A stretch of 64,000 nucleotides of DNA from Lama glama (Eukaryota). Below, in pieces: positions 12,597 to 26,630 of this stretch; the stretch's first letter is position 1; each line of letters opens with the position of its first letter. The notes below the pieces were generated by a model. The model searched no databases and was not told the origin of the DNA. It was given only the letters and a program-made list of their open reading frames with translations. Location of the stretch: contig CM052817.1 of the NCBI GenBank assembly GCA_028534125.1, forward strand, positions 22,446,001 through 22,510,000. Direction: 5' to 3'. The position numbers were made by a program, and so were the translations under genes.

Positions 12597-13010
12597 TGTG
12601 AATTTGGTTAGCCTGGAACTCTGTTTCCCAGAATCCTCTTCCCTGGATAGTTCCTTGTGAACATTAGTCTATACAGATAGTTGTAAGGCATTTGGAAAAA
12701 TAGAAGTGAAGCTGTGGCTATTGCTTCATGGAAGTATAGGTAAGGTGTTCTATGTAGACATAGGACACCTCCACTCACATCCAGAGCTTCCTCTGATTGC
12801 TGACCCCGATACCCAACAGTGGCTCCAAACAGACACTTGACTTGGGACCGAGGGACTTCCCCTGTAGATTTACCTAGAAGCTTTGTGGCCCCGCTTTGTC
12901 TGGTCATGCTTGGCTTCTCAGAATGAGTGGCTGGTGATTCTTTTAATCTTTCAACTCCCCTTCTGGGCCTGTAGTTCTTCATCTTTCACAACTGTGCATG
13001 ATCTAATTCC
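12597..13010 (+). mobile_element. ERVL-class LTR (LTR41/LTR52-like)
   Basis: 'ggttagcctggaactctgtttcccagaatcctcttccctg...ttggaaaaatagaagtgaagc' resembles the 5' part of these LTRs. Confidence 0.55.
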
Positions 13011-13047
13011 TTTTTTTTAATCCCTCACCCCATATCTCCTGGAGGTC

Positions 13048-13547
13048 NNNNNNNNNNNNNNNNNNNNNNNNNNNNNNNNNNNNNNNNNNNNNNNNNNNNN
13101 NNNNNNNNNNNNNNNNNNNNNNNNNNNNNNNNNNNNNNNNNNNNNNNNNNNNNNNNNNNNNNNNNNNNNNNNNNNNNNNNNNNNNNNNNNNNNNNNNNNN
13201 NNNNNNNNNNNNNNNNNNNNNNNNNNNNNNNNNNNNNNNNNNNNNNNNNNNNNNNNNNNNNNNNNNNNNNNNNNNNNNNNNNNNNNNNNNNNNNNNNNNN
13301 NNNNNNNNNNNNNNNNNNNNNNNNNNNNNNNNNNNNNNNNNNNNNNNNNNNNNNNNNNNNNNNNNNNNNNNNNNNNNNNNNNNNNNNNNNNNNNNNNNNN
13401 NNNNNNNNNNNNNNNNNNNNNNNNNNNNNNNNNNNNNNNNNNNNNNNNNNNNNNNNNNNNNNNNNNNNNNNNNNNNNNNNNNNNNNNNNNNNNNNNNNNN
13501 NNNNNNNNNNNNNNNNNNNNNNNNNNNNNNNNNNNNNNNNNNNNNNN
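13048..13547. other. Assembly gap (500 N)
   Basis: Exactly 500 N, consistent with a placeholder scaffold gap. Confidence 0.98.
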
Positions 13548-14261
13548 AGAATGTTGAAATTTGGGATGCAGGAAGAGCTCTCTGTTATGTCAGCCACGGT
13601 GCACTCTTCATTGTATCATCCATGATTTGCTTTTGATTTTGAGGATTTGTTAAATACTTTAGGCCAAAGATACATCTAGTTAGTTAGGACTGTGTGTAGC
13701 CTGCTTCAGTATACATTTCATGGCTTTGAATTTACTGCACAACTCAATGCATAGCACTGGGGCTTTGACTTACCAGAGAGTTACCCCAGTTATTTACTTT
13801 CCGTGTTTCACCAGTGACTTCCACAAAGCTATTTCTTCTATTAGCTAGATATAAAACAGACATAACAAGAATATCCGTGAAGATGGATGATTTTCAGTTT
13901 TGGGGCTGTCAGTGAGAATTTTGTTCTACACACCAGTGTGGCTTCTAGGTATGGGAATATGACCCGAAACCTTTCCACAGTGTTCATACTGTCTTATTCA
14001 TTTCTGTCTCTCTTTCTCTCTCTCTCTCTCCTTTCCAGTCTCTCTCTCTCTCCAACCACCACTTACTGAAGTTGATGTGACCCTTCTTTGAATAGGTCCT
14101 AGTGGTGAAAAAATGTGTGTTTATAAATATGTATAGGCGTTTTAGTTCGTTAAGTATCAAATGAGTACAATTTGGCTGGGTAGTTAGATCCTTTTCCCTT
14201 AAGAATATTCATGTATATAATTTTTAATATGCTCATTTTTTAGGTTTACTTATTTATATAT

Positions 14262-14495
14262 TTTTAATCTTTTTTTTTATATATTTTTATTGAAGTATAG
14301 TCAGTTTACAACGTTGTGTCAATTTCTGGTGTACAGCGCAATGCTTCAGTCATATAGGAATATACATGTATCTGTTTTCATATTCTTTTTCACCAAAGGT
14401 TACTATTGAATATAGTTCCCTGTGCTATACAGTATGAACTTGTTGTTTATCTATTTTATGTATATTAGTTAGTATCTGCAAATCTAGAACTCCAT
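14262..14495 (-). mobile_element. 5'-truncated cetartiodactyl/camelid L1 3' end
   Basis: T-rich tail then 'ttattgaagtatagtcagtttacaacgttgtgtcaatttctggtgtacagc...tatagttccctgtgctatacagta'. Confidence 0.85.
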
Positions 14496-14584
14496 TTGTT
14501 GATGCTAGTCAGATACAACTATCTTAAGAGCTATATCTGTTACATTTTATATTTTTATGCTATTTAGTCCAGGATGGCTTATTT

Positions 14585-14951
14585 TTTCTCACAGAATAGG
14601 CTATGTTATGTTTCGGTAACAAGCAACACCAGAATCTCAGTGGCATTACAGCCAAAGATTATGTTTTGCTCATGTTTCGCCATGTCAAGTTTGAGTGACT
14701 TTCCAGGATGGCTAACTTCCATTTTATGGCACAAAATTCTGGACTGCTCTCATCTCGTGGCAACTCTCTATCAACTACCATGATTACTGCAGAAATGCAG
14801 GAGGGAAGGCTACAACTTGTAGGCAGGCTTCATTGCTCAAAGGAAAGTATGTGGTAATACCTTCTTCAAGGATATGGGAACATGTAATCCCCTCTCGTGC
14901 CCAGGAGGAGAGGAGAATGAGAATTAGTGGTGAGCAGCATTAAATAACACA
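14585..14951 (-). mobile_element. MaLR LTR (MLT1K/L-like)
   Basis: 'gaataggctatgttatg...gtaacaagcaacaccagaatctcagtggc...tgcccaggaggagaggagaa...ggtgagcagcatta'. Confidence 0.6.
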
Positions 14952-16384
14952 TATGTAATTAAATTTTTAAATGTATTCATATAATTTTCATCTTACAATT
15001 GGGACAGCAAAGGAAATGCAGCAGGACTATAGCACTTTCAAATATACACCTCTTTTCCAAAGAGAAAGAACAGGACCATACCAATTTCTTTCTAATACAT
15101 TTCCTTTGCAAACATGGAAGCTTAAAATATGGCCTGTATTTTACTACCCCTAAAAATGGCAATTCATTTTTCTCAAATGAAAACTGACTAGCAGAAGCTA
15201 CCTTATTAAAAAAAATTGACTGATATGAATTGTTTTATTATTTTTTTAAATTTGCCTTATTTAGTACAATGAAGGTCAATAGATGCTAAAGATATATATA
15301 TTTTTCCAGCTTCAAAAAGTTAGCCTTCTCTTAGTTAATAAATCACAATTAAAACATGAGGCATGATTTATAAAATCCTTAAGTGCTGAGCAAAAGCCTT
15401 AAAGATCTATCATTTGGCTGTCCATGAATTATAAGTGGAAAAAACCTGACAAATTATGTCAAAATTATCAGTAAACTGAAACCAAAAAATGAACAGTGAT
15501 TCTTCAAGGAAAAACAGATATTTTATTTAAAAATTTTAAATATGTATATATATATGTGTTTGTTGGGTTTCACAACATAGCACTGAAATGTAAACTGAAG
15601 GTTTAAGCATCACACTAAGACAGAGAATAGAATTAGAAAGTTAAGAGGAAGAGGAGGAAAAGAAGGAAAGCACAGATCATCTCTGGGGTTGCAGGGAAGG
15701 CCTGATGTCATTTCCAGTGTTGTCTCTGAATGTTCTATCTTTTTTGGTTTTCTTTGTTTTAGAAAATGTCATGTACCATGTGCTCCAGCTTTGCTCTGGT
15801 TTTACTGCCTGTCATAGTCACAGTTGACAAAGCTGATCTTTTTACCACCAGTCTGAATTCAACTATACTGCTGACTTCCTCAGAGAGTGTGGAAAATTTA
15901 TTGCAAGCTAGGTGCACTTTATGTTTACAGCTTTTGCAGCAATGCTGGTAATAATATACTGACAGAACCCCAAGCAACCACTGTATGTGACAGAGGAGAG
16001 TAAATCCTAAACACACTATATCCCATACTGTCTGTGAGAATATGGTTTAGTAAACGATTTTGTGTTGCTATTGTGAAATCCATTAGCAGCCATAATTTCC
16101 AGTGTTTATATTATTCATCATTCATTCTTTTAAATAATGAAGCAAACAAAGATTTTGTGCATGTATGAAATACATACCTAGATGTTAAAAACATGATTAG
16201 AGTAAAAATGTCTTCCAAGGTTTGGGACTTACACAGTAAATGGAAATATGTTGTAGGAAGATAAAAAAGTTTTGCTTTAATCCAAAGGAATGAAACTTCT
16301 GTTTTTAATTTTAATATTTTGGGGTTTCTATTAACAAAGACAAAGTAAAGTTTCTTCTAATGCAGCAAGAACCAAGACTCAAAA

Positions 16385-16600
16385 GGAGTGTTTTCAATCA
16401 GACTTCTTGTATTGAAATCCCATCTCTACAATTTACTACCTGTATGAACTTGGGCCGGTGGCTCATCAGCTTCTACTAAATTTTCTAATCAGTAAAATGA
16501 AAGAAATAATAATACCTATTCCCTAGAGTTGTGGCAAGAATGTGAGGGATTAATATGCATGAGATAATTGAATGCATGTCATGTAGTAAATGCCAAGTTA
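16385..16600 (+). mobile_element. MIR SINE
   Basis: MIR core 'aaatcccatctctacaatttactacctgtatgaacttgggc...gtaaaatg...aataatacctattccctagagttgtg'. Further MIR fragments lie near 21380-21580, 23140-23300, 28030-28200, 35960-36080, 37180-37280, 53700-53900, 60230-60400 and 62240-62390. Confidence 0.75.
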
Positions 16601-18189
16601 AGCTCAGCTGCTGTTACCAGAAGAATTTGTCTTATCTCTTCTTTTAATGCCCTGTAAAGTCTGACCCTGTAGTTCCTGTTCAAAGACATTTGAGTCAAAG
16701 TCCTTCTGCAACTTGAATACTATTAGTTCTTGAACATTAATGAATTGAACCCCTGTGGGGATATCTGAGATCAGTCCCAAACTGATCTTCTGTCTTGGAC
16801 CCCACATCACTGAGAAAGGGAAAGCACCATCTTCCCTTTCTTCCATCTACTAGTCAACTTCTTAATCTCACGTTTAAGATCAGTGTCCTGACTTATTCAG
16901 CTCTGGTTCATTGACCACTAGTGCTCATTCCTATCCGTTTCTGCTCTGCCCTCTGGAAGCTTCATGGCATTATTAATAAAGTAATCTAAATCATCAACAA
17001 TTTTGCAGAAAAAAGGTTTTCTCCCTTTTGTGGATGTACCTGAAACTTAATTACCTGAGAACAGACTACTCAGAGATCCCTCTTCTGTACTGACTCCTCC
17101 TTCTCCAGCAGGTCTCAACCTAATTTACTCCTTCATTTGGCACATGGGGCAATCAGTGGTGCACTTTCTAGCTTCCTCTTCAGCCTGATCCCTGACAGAA
17201 CTTGCCTCACAAATTATATTTTATCATCAAAACATGAATTCTCTGCAGATGCTACCACCTCATTCATTTATTCATCCATTCACATAGGATTTCATCAACA
17301 CACATTAATTGAATAACCACCATGGAAGATGTCAGATATTTAGCCCAGAACAAAGTCAGATTTTTACCCTGTACTCATGTTCTTCCTAAAGTATGCTGTT
17401 TCAGACTTTAATTCTTTTACTTATGCTTTCTTCTGTCACCTAGAAAAATAATAAACATCTTTTAAAATTTAGTTAAATTAATCCAATCAGGAAATCTTTT
17501 CTCACACTCTTCGGTCCCTAATCTGAGATAGATACCCTTACTCTTCATGTAAAGATCGTGTTCCCCTGTACGTCTATTACTATGTTTATCAACTTATATT
17601 GAAATACCTGTTTCCATATTCATATCTCCAGCTCCTAGCACGATGGATGATAAATACTGGAAACTAGAAATAATTGAATGCAAATGATATCTCTCACTTA
17701 AAGGGAAACCCAATGCTCCTTTTATCATAGAGACCAATTTAGACTGGAGCATCTCATATTTAACTCCCTTCTGCATCTATTATAGCATCTTATTCCTTAG
17801 TTCCATTCTCAGTAAGTCTTGGATAAGTAATACTAGTCTTATTTTTCAAGCACAATGAAAAGTTTGTAAGAAAAGACCAGTATAAAATAGAGACTTGCCA
17901 TTATTTGATATCCCCTAATATCTTATATCAGTGCTAGAAATGTAACAGTACTCTATAGATATACGATCTCTCTGTGTATTAAAAATAAGATGCCGGGCCT
18001 TACATTGCTGCTTTGCAAATTTCAAATTAAAAATACCTCAACATGCTTTTATTAAAGATGGCTATTTATAGTCATAAGTGAAATGGGGGCATTATGATTA
18101 ATGTAAAATGCAAAATTAGTGTTCAGAGTGCCTCATGTTTTTTTTTTCAATTTAACAATCTGTAGTTTGATAAGAAAATAATTATCACT

Positions 18190-18630
18190 TGTCATCTGGT
18201 TCTGCAAAAATGAAGTCACTAACCACTGCAGTTGCTGACCATTAACACACCTTGAGGGAAGTTGAGGGCCGAGATCAGGAATGAGGCACTCTATGCTCTG
18301 AAAAAACTGGCAGCACAGGCCTTCAGATAGTCAGGTATTTCCAGGAGAAAATTTTGTGAACCCAGTTTCTTGCATCTTCTCATAATTAGAAAAGCACTAG
18401 AATCATTAACAGAGACACCTGCTCCTCCCGACTAGCAGCAACCTTCTGCTGAGGTGTGTGCTTGACTGCAAACACCCCCTTTGCCGAAATCACAGATATA
18501 CTGACCTCTCCCCTTACCTCTCTGGACCAGTTCCTCATAGTTACATGAGAGTTTGTGTCCAAGGCTAAAGTCCTAGTAAGTCTCCAAATAAAACTGAAAC
18601 TCAACCTTGCTCACATTGTGTTTTTTTGAA
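18190..18630 (+). mobile_element. Solo ERV1-class LTR
   Basis: Starts TGTCA. GC-richer block with 'gatatactgacctctcccc' and AATAAA at ~18587, then a T-rich U5-like end. 3' CA terminus unclear. Confidence 0.6.
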
Positions 18631-19162
18631 ATACGAAAATTAAAATAAAATCATGATTTAATTTAGAGTCAAAGTTTACCCAGATATGGAGCAACGTGGT
18701 AATCTATCTCTGGGTTCCCTTTGTGAATAATGTCTAGGTTAAGATCCTTTTTTGTAGTGTGACCATTTCTTTTCATTATAAATGTTTATTTTCCAAACCT
18801 ATGAAAGCTTTAGTTTGTGTCCTTTTAGTGAAATATGTGTTTGCTGTGTTTTCTTGACAAACCATGGCTTTACCATGAGAGGTTCACTGTAACCTTTACA
18901 GTGTCTTTATTTTTCACTTCTATTCATAAACACAGCCACCCTGGTAATAAAGAATAGAGGATACTGCTGACGTTGAGGATACAGACAGGGTGAACAAAAG
19001 ATGGTTTGGAAATTTACAAAAGAAAGCTGTTTAAGGAAATGATCTCAAAGTGTGGAGAGGGTTGAAACAATATAAAACTATTAATAGTAGTCTAATTGAG
19101 TATGTAATTGTATGATTATTTGCATTTGTTGATTACTTTCATCCTCCTATTTGTCTGGTCCA

Positions 19163-19700
19163 TCAAAGAAGAAAGGTGAGGCAATGTGGAACCACAAACA
19201 CTTGGATTATTATTTAAACACACTCCAGGCAGGCCATACAGTCTCCTTGGCTTGACTGAACTTCAGGCAGGCTTCTTGATATGGGTCTCTGACCTCACTT
19301 GCCTTAGAGCAGTTGCTTTAGAAAAACTTGCATTTATAAATTCTTTCTCTGCCTCTTTGAGATGTAAATCTTCTGCAATCCCGAAGTGTCTTTCTCAAGG
19401 ACTTGGGAGCAGTCTCTCTGAAATATAATCAAGAAAGACAAGTTCCCTATCTCCAGGCTCTGTGGGAAGGTAGGAGCTTAATTTCAGTAAATGACAATTA
19501 GCAAATGCAGATGGCCTATGCACACCGACTGACCTCCCATCTCATCTCCTCCAGTACTCTTCCGTCACCTCACTCCACCTTTGAAAAATCACTCTGCCTT
19601 TTGTTTGAGTGGAGCTGAAGCAATCTCTCTTCCTGATTGTGATAGTCTTGAATAATGTCTTCCCTTCCTGTTTAATCTGATGCAGTGTTTGCTTTTAGAG
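19163..19700 (+). mobile_element. Solo ERV1 LTR (MER39-like), copy 1
   Basis: Shares motifs with 33770-34278: gcttgact, tctgacctc, ctttagaaaa..cttg, gtctttctcaaggac, tctgtggga, atggcctatg, atagtcttgaataa. Confidence 0.75.
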
Positions 19701-20189
19701 TTCTTAAGAGGTGCAAGGCCAGTAGTCCAAAAAATATGCAAAATTCTGTTACTATTTTGACTCTTTTTCTCACATGTATTATCTTACTTCATATTTTCCT
19801 AATTTGGGATGATTACTATTTATATTGTCTAATTTCAGTTTCAAGTAAAATCAATGGAACAACTCTCTCTCTCTTTACTTCATTATTATTTTAAACCAAG
19901 TTCTTAAAAAATTTTTTTATCTTTAAATAAGGCTATGAGAAGGGTAAGTTTATCAGGAAATACATATGAGTACATGCCTGAAGGCAGTTTAAATGAGGAA
20001 AGCAATTTGAGTCTCTGACCTAAAATGCGTTGCATAAAATACAAATTAGTTAACCTACTTAGAAAAGAACTCATTCAGACACTGAGTCTAAGAGGCATGA
20101 ATCTGGAAGTGTACTTAAGCTGAGGCTTGGCCTCAGAGTCAGACCTCGGTCTGTTGCCAACCAAATCCAGCATCTGCTCTAGGTTACAC

Positions 20190-20608
20190 TGTGAAGGGGC
20201 AGAGGTGGACTTCAGGCTTGTGGGGCCAACTGATCTCCTTCAAAGTCTACCCCGTTCCTGGGCTCTCAGACGTCTGACATTCTTTGCTGGGCATGTTTCC
20301 CCTGGCAAACTAATAGCTCCAGGTAATGCCCACCTTACCAGAGTCAAACCCCACCGCCCTTCACAGACCCTAAACCTCTTACTTCACCTGAAACCAATCA
20401 GAGACTTGTGCACCAGCTGATCAGGCACCAGCTGACCCGACCTTATAAAAGACCCCAATAGCCTACCCTCAGTGCTCATTCGGGCACCTCTCGCCTGTGT
20501 GGCCCACTGTTGTCTGTGGCAGTGTACCCTAATAGACTCCTTTCTGTTCTTATACTTAACCTCTGGTAAATTTTTTCCCAACCGCTTGTGTCACTGACTC
20601 ACACAACA
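20190..20608 (+). mobile_element. Solo ERV LTR
   Basis: TGTG...CAACA termini, CCAAT at ~20393, TATAAAA at 20444-20450. Appears inserted at the end of a MIR-like tail. Confidence 0.7.
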
Positions 20609-20920
20609 AGGCTGTCTTATTCCAAGATTATTCTCTTACTTTTCCCCTCTTCTTTTGATCCCTGTGTGAAGCCCTTATTTCAGGGTCTCTCACATAAACA
20701 TCTTTACTGAACTTACCTCTTCATAAAATCACTGCTTTTTATTTTTACCAAGCCTCTGTACACCAGACCAAGGCTTATCTAGTCTATATTCTATTTCTTC
20801 TGTGTTCTGCTCATTGACAGGTCAACCTGATGAGTTATGTGAACCTGTGAGCAAATCAGGTTGCCCTTATAGGTGCCATATTTATGTTTTAACGGGGACC
20901 TCTGGAGAGAGATTTAATCC

Positions 20921-21056
20921 TAGGGTGACTGTACCATATATACTGATTTCCCCAGTACATTTAATAGCCCCAGTTGTGCCGGTGTAATTATTTATAATAT
21001 GCCCTTTTATTCTTAAAAGTGCCCCAGTTTGGACATAAATTTAAATGGTTGCCCTG
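20921..21056. mobile_element. MER94-like hAT-Blackjack MITE
   Basis: Imperfect terminal inverted repeats agggtgac... / ...ggttgccct, with internal 'gtaattatttataat...ttttattcttaaaagtgccccagtttggac'. Confidence 0.7.
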
Positions 21057-24000
21057 TGGATTAAAAAAATTAGAATGGTCACCTACTCTAATGACAGAAG
21101 TTTCAGATACAAAGGCAAATTGTTAGAGAGAAGACTGCCAGATTCTGAGGCCTTAAAAATCATAATACAAGGGGGCATTTTAACATGATTTATGGTCCTA
21201 GGGAATCCAATATTCTGGTGGTTAATTGCCTTGAAGTTATCAGGCCTTAGGCAGGATTTGAGAGGACCTGTCATAAACACTTAGAAATTTTAAATACATA
21301 GTAGGTGATGATGATGAAAACCTGGACAAATGAATGAAAAAACTCCATGAAATAATCATTGTAATTTAATTTTTTTCCATCACTTATAATTGTCAGGCAC
21401 GCTTCCAAATATTTTATTAGTATTAACTCATTTAATCACAGCAACACCTCTATGAGTATAATATTATCATTCTACCCATTTTATGGATGAGAAAACTAAG
21501 GTAAAGAGAGGTTATGTACTTACGCAAGTCATTAAGAAGTAGTGAAACTGGAAACACCGATAGTTTTGTTTTAAATTTGCATGATCTAAGACACAATTTG
21601 TACTTGCTCTCAGGAAAAGAAGAGAGAAGGAAAAAGAGAAGGAAAGAGATTGATTCTGCTTTCATCCACAGTAGATAGTAGACCTGTGAATGAACCCTTG
21701 TATCTCCTGATATTTGCTCTACTTTTGTGCTACCTTCCTTCTCCCACCTTTGAGAACTCTCCACCGTCGCTGCCAAGCTATCCTACTCTTCAACTGCCTT
21801 CTCTCATTTCCCATTCAACTCTCATTTCCATCTTATCTTGTTCTCAGCTTCCAGGCAAGGATGTCAGACTGTCAATTCCTTCATCTTCCACTATTGCATG
21901 GGAGTCACAGATTCAAGACCCAAAGGAGGAAGAAAGAGAGAGTCATCATTAAGAGATGGTCTCACAGTAGACTATCAGACTATAATGATTAGTGCATGAC
22001 AATTATCATGACTTCTATACATTCCTTTAATAAGAATTTTGTCACCTTCTCTGCCATGGGCTGCGTTTCCAAAGTCCTTTTCTGCCTATTTATCTTGAGA
22101 ATTTTGAGGCTTCAGGACCAGAGTGCTGTTTGCATGAGGAAGGGGCTGCTATTCAAGAATCTATCTGATGGAAGACAAAGACACTCAGAGTAAGCATATG
22201 ACAAAGGCAAACTTTTAGAAACTACTTTGTGAACTCTATGTTGAGTTGAACTATGACAATCTGCCCTCCTCTAGGATGGGTGAGCTTGTCTCATTTAGCC
22301 ATCCCTCTTTGATACGTGTATTATATTTTCAGTGTGTATGAATAGTCCATTCTATGAATATACTATCAGGGTATATCTGGATCTATATACAATAATGCAA
22401 ATGCTATACTGTATGAACAAACTGAAATCAAGGAAAACTCAAGGTAAAATATTCCTAAGAATATATTTCTACAAATCACATATGAGTGGCCTAGATTTCT
22501 CTAATTTGACATGGTTATAAAAATAGATGTGTCACATCATTTATTGGCATCCTTGCTCTTTAGTTAATCTACCGAAATGCAAAGTGTAAAGGCAGAGAAT
22601 TTTTTCCCTCTTGTACCTAATTGCATCTGACACCAGAATTTCGAGCCAAATGAATCATGACTGGCACTGCACGTGACATCTTCTAAAGTTCTCAGGTTCT
22701 CCAGCATGCCATGGGGATGCCAGAAGAGTTTCAGGACAATGCCTGTTAGAGGGAGGGTCATCTGCTGAAGGATGGCAGTTATTTAAAGTCTCCCTAATTT
22801 TTAAAGTAGAAAAATGATGAGATCCAGAACAATGAGATTGAAAACATATAGTCCAAGAAGTCCAGAAAAAAACAACAATAAGCCACAAGAAAAAAAATTA
22901 TCAATGTATAGACGAAAAACACAAAAATTCTTTTGACTTGATGACATTTCTGTTAACTTTCTATATTTTCAAAATATATTTGTGTCCAAAAAATTAGACT
23001 GTAGAAATATAATCTGATTTGATAACAGTAGAGTTTTATTGATCATTGAATAACAAATAGAAATTAATTCAGATTTGAATTTTTTAGCTTCTAAATTTTA
23101 AACTCATTAAAGATGTCAATGGGGTTTAGTGCAGAGGCAGTAAAGTAGGAGTTAAGAATTCAAGCTCTGAAACTGTAAAAAATTAGGGGTTGAACTCCAG
23201 TTCCATCATTTGCTACCTTGTTAAGCACTAATTTCTGTATTTTTAGAATAGAGTTAATAATAGATCTTCTTTCACAGGGTTTTCTCAGGTGTTAAATAAT
23301 ATACTACCTTCTACCAAGAGTAATATAAGTAATAGTATTCTTGTTATAATTATGCATTTAAGTGCTTTAGTGAATAATTTTAAGGCACTGATAAAGTAAT
23401 ACTGCTTTTGCTATGAAAACATTTAGGTTTGTAGAATAATGTCATTGATTCAAACTCAAAGGAGTATGTCGTTCTTTGTGTTTCTAACTAGTTCTTTCTG
23501 TCCCTCTTGACTATTCCACGTCTTTATCTACACTGTGGTAGCTTCATATTTATTTTATATTATTTCTCACCAAAGCTTTATAAATGATTTTTATACTTGT
23601 CTCCCTGACCAGCAACCCCCATGCTCAGCTTTCATCACTAACACTTTGTTCTCATTTTCCTAAAATGATAATTGCATTGCTTTTGACTAGAACACATCTT
23701 TGGTTTACAACTGTGTAAGTGTGCTAGCATTTACTATACAACTATTAGTGGCACATATCCAACTTTCTGGTAGAAATTACATGTGCTATCTCAATTTCAT
23801 TCTCAGAACACTCATGAGTTTCAGAGTAGTATCTCCAAGACTGATGATAAAATTTGCAAGTAACACCATGGCAATGAGGACCATCGAAATCTGTTCCAAC
23901 CACTGACAGTTCCAGATCTTCTTACCACTGATTCCTGCCTTCTTTACTCCCCAAAGCAAGTACTTGTTGTAGCTATATGGAATATCTTGCATCTTCTAGA

Positions 24001-25739
24001 ACCTCTTATGGTCTTCCACATTTTCGTGTCTTTGAACATCAAATTCCTCCTGCTTAGACTGACCATCTCTAATTTCTCTCTTTGGAAGAGTTCATCTTGT
24101 GTTAGAAGAACCAGAGGAATTGTGCATACATTGGGCATACATGTTTATCTTTATCATACACAGTGCATCTGTGTGTGTGTATCGTGGAGGGGGTCTCTAT
24201 CTGTGCATAGTCTGTTTGCTTTTTACTTTTTAGCCTACTAGAGTAAAATTTCTTTAAATATAGTCACACTTAAAGTAAGTCAAAGGTCCTTATTTTAATT
24301 TATTTCAAGTTTTTTGTTCACAGTTCCTAGCATAGTTTCAGGCAAATTATAGGTGCTCAACAATGCCAGCTTTAATTAGTGAGCAAAAAATAACACTCTG
24401 TGATGTTGGTATTTGGTATTGTGAAGTCAAAATACTATTCAAAATATTGCCACCAGAAAAGACTATTGTGTTTGCATCTAGCCATTGTTATTTCTAATGA
24501 TAGTTCTGATTTGATATTTTAAATGATCTAACCTGTGACAATTAAGAGAATATTTCAAAGCTGCACTCTGAGTTGATGTTTTAAGCTTGACTTTAACCAC
24601 AAAAAAGTAGGAAATATTTAAATAAAAGTTTTTTTCTTAATAGATTCCTAGTCTCTTTTTCATAACATTACATTTTTGGCAGCTGATACTTATGGAATAA
24701 AAATGATGTGAATCTAATAATAAAATGTACACTAGCCAACTCTATTTCCTGCTGAATACTCTATAAAATAAATTATAATAAACCAAAATCTTCTAGACAG
24801 TAATGATGGATAATTCCAATCTATCTTATTTCATGAATAAAAATATACCTATCATAAATCCTTTCTTTTTAACGTAAATGACTACTGTTAAATTTCTGAT
24901 GGTGCTACCTCCCACAAATTATCACCTGAGAATCCTTAAAAAGAAGTTGAAATATATTATAGATGATTTCCTTCTTAGCATTCATATTGATCCATATACT
25001 GTATCTGACTTATTGAAATCATTTGTCTTTCTAAAACATATTTTATTCAATGATTGTGATACTTCATATTAATTCATCATCGTGCTTCAGATGCCAGCTA
25101 CATTTAAATATAAAAGACCTCTATTTATCCCTAAGCAATAAACATCTATTGGTCTCACTAGTATAGAAAATATGTGCACAAAATATAAAGAGCAAGAAAA
25201 ACTTATTTTAACTGACACAGAATTCAATAATTCTCTTCTTTTCCTTTATTTTCTTTCTGCTTTACCATTTTATATTCTATACCCTTAACTTTCTGGTCAT
25301 TTACATCACTTTCTCTGCTGTCATTAGTAGAGGTGTATAAGATAGAAGAATGGGTTAGGAAGCTATTTTTTTTCAGTATTTAATATATAAAAGGCCATTT
25401 ACACACATTGTTCCATTTATAAGATGAATGTTATTTCCCTCATTTTTTTCAGATGAGGAACTGGCGACACCATAACATGTACCTAATACTAAGTGTACTA
25501 ATCGATAGATGGTATAGTAAAGCCATTTTAAAAGGCTGACTTAAGTCAGAGATGTCTTCAGGAAAGAAGCAAAGGCATGGAAAAGATATGACATGTTAGA
25601 ATTTGAATTAGGAAATACCTAATGGAGAATTTGTTTAAGGGAAAAGGTTTGAATATATTTGGAATCAAAAAAAGATTTCATAAAGAACTTTAAAGTTCTC
25701 AAAGGAGGAATACTTACGTCTGAGAACCAATCAAGAGTG

Positions 25740-26630
25740 TCACTGAATTATAAGCTCTAGCTGCCGCTGGTCACTATAACTGCTTTCTGTACAGAGCCCA
25801 GCAAGCAGGAAGAAGAGTCACTGGCAGAAGTGGCCTGTAAACAGGAGGAGGTAAGTGCTGCTGTTACCTGATGGAGGGCAGGAAGTACAGGCTAACACAC
25901 AGGTAATCCTCTAGGGCTCCTCTTGACGCTCCCTTACCTGATTATGATGGTAAATGTTTAAGTGAAGCAACCTCAAGAATATAGTGACACTCAGACACCT
26001 TGAGGATGGCTTCAGTGTTATCCCCACAGGGAAGCAAGGACTGAAAGAGGTGTCAGCACACGGTGAGGGGAATCTAGAATGGATAGTGGAGGAAGGAGAC
26101 GAGAAATGTAAATTGCAGTCCAGAGCTCAGCTGCGCTGTTGGGACCTGTAGCTTATCCCACTACCCTTCCTCTTCTAAGTTTCTTCCAGAAAGAAAGACT
26201 TAACAGAATCATGCAGGAGTTGCTCCCTGAACAAAGAAGTGGATCTGAGTGGCACAAAAGATCGATGGGCCAGGGTATCCCTGCTCAATGATGATGTTGT
26301 TGCTTCAATTGCTGTTTGTGCTGCACAGACAGCTTCATTCTTAGCCTCTTCAGGGATGCTCCAGCATAAACATCAGGCTCTCTCACAGTGACAGCTTTTT
26401 GGGTTGACCAGTAGATGGAAACAGGAATACAACGTATCTGGACATTTTAGCTTAGTGTGGGGCTGCACGGATGTGCTGCTTAACATCTGTTGCCTGAGGC
26501 TTTTCATCTACTTCTCTTTCTGCCCACTTTTGTTTCTCCTCTTCCTTCCACTGTCTACTCTAGTAAACTTCCTGCCCACTACATTTAGTATAAGTCTCCT
26601 TTCTTGAAAACCCAAGCTGCTACCACAACT
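25740..26630 (+). mobile_element. ERVL (ERV3-16A3/HERV16-like) internal 3' remnant plus LTR16-like 3' LTR
   Basis: 'gaggggaatctagaatggatagtggaggaaggagac...cagctgc...gacctgtag...gaagtggatctgagtggcacaaaag' is typical of the ERVL pol 3' end. An LTR-like block follows at ~26270-26630. Confidence 0.65.

Noticed and set aside
13025..13597. 190-aa ORF (and the 209-aa and 173-aa ORFs at 40985-41614)
   Set aside because: Artefacts of translating N gaps.
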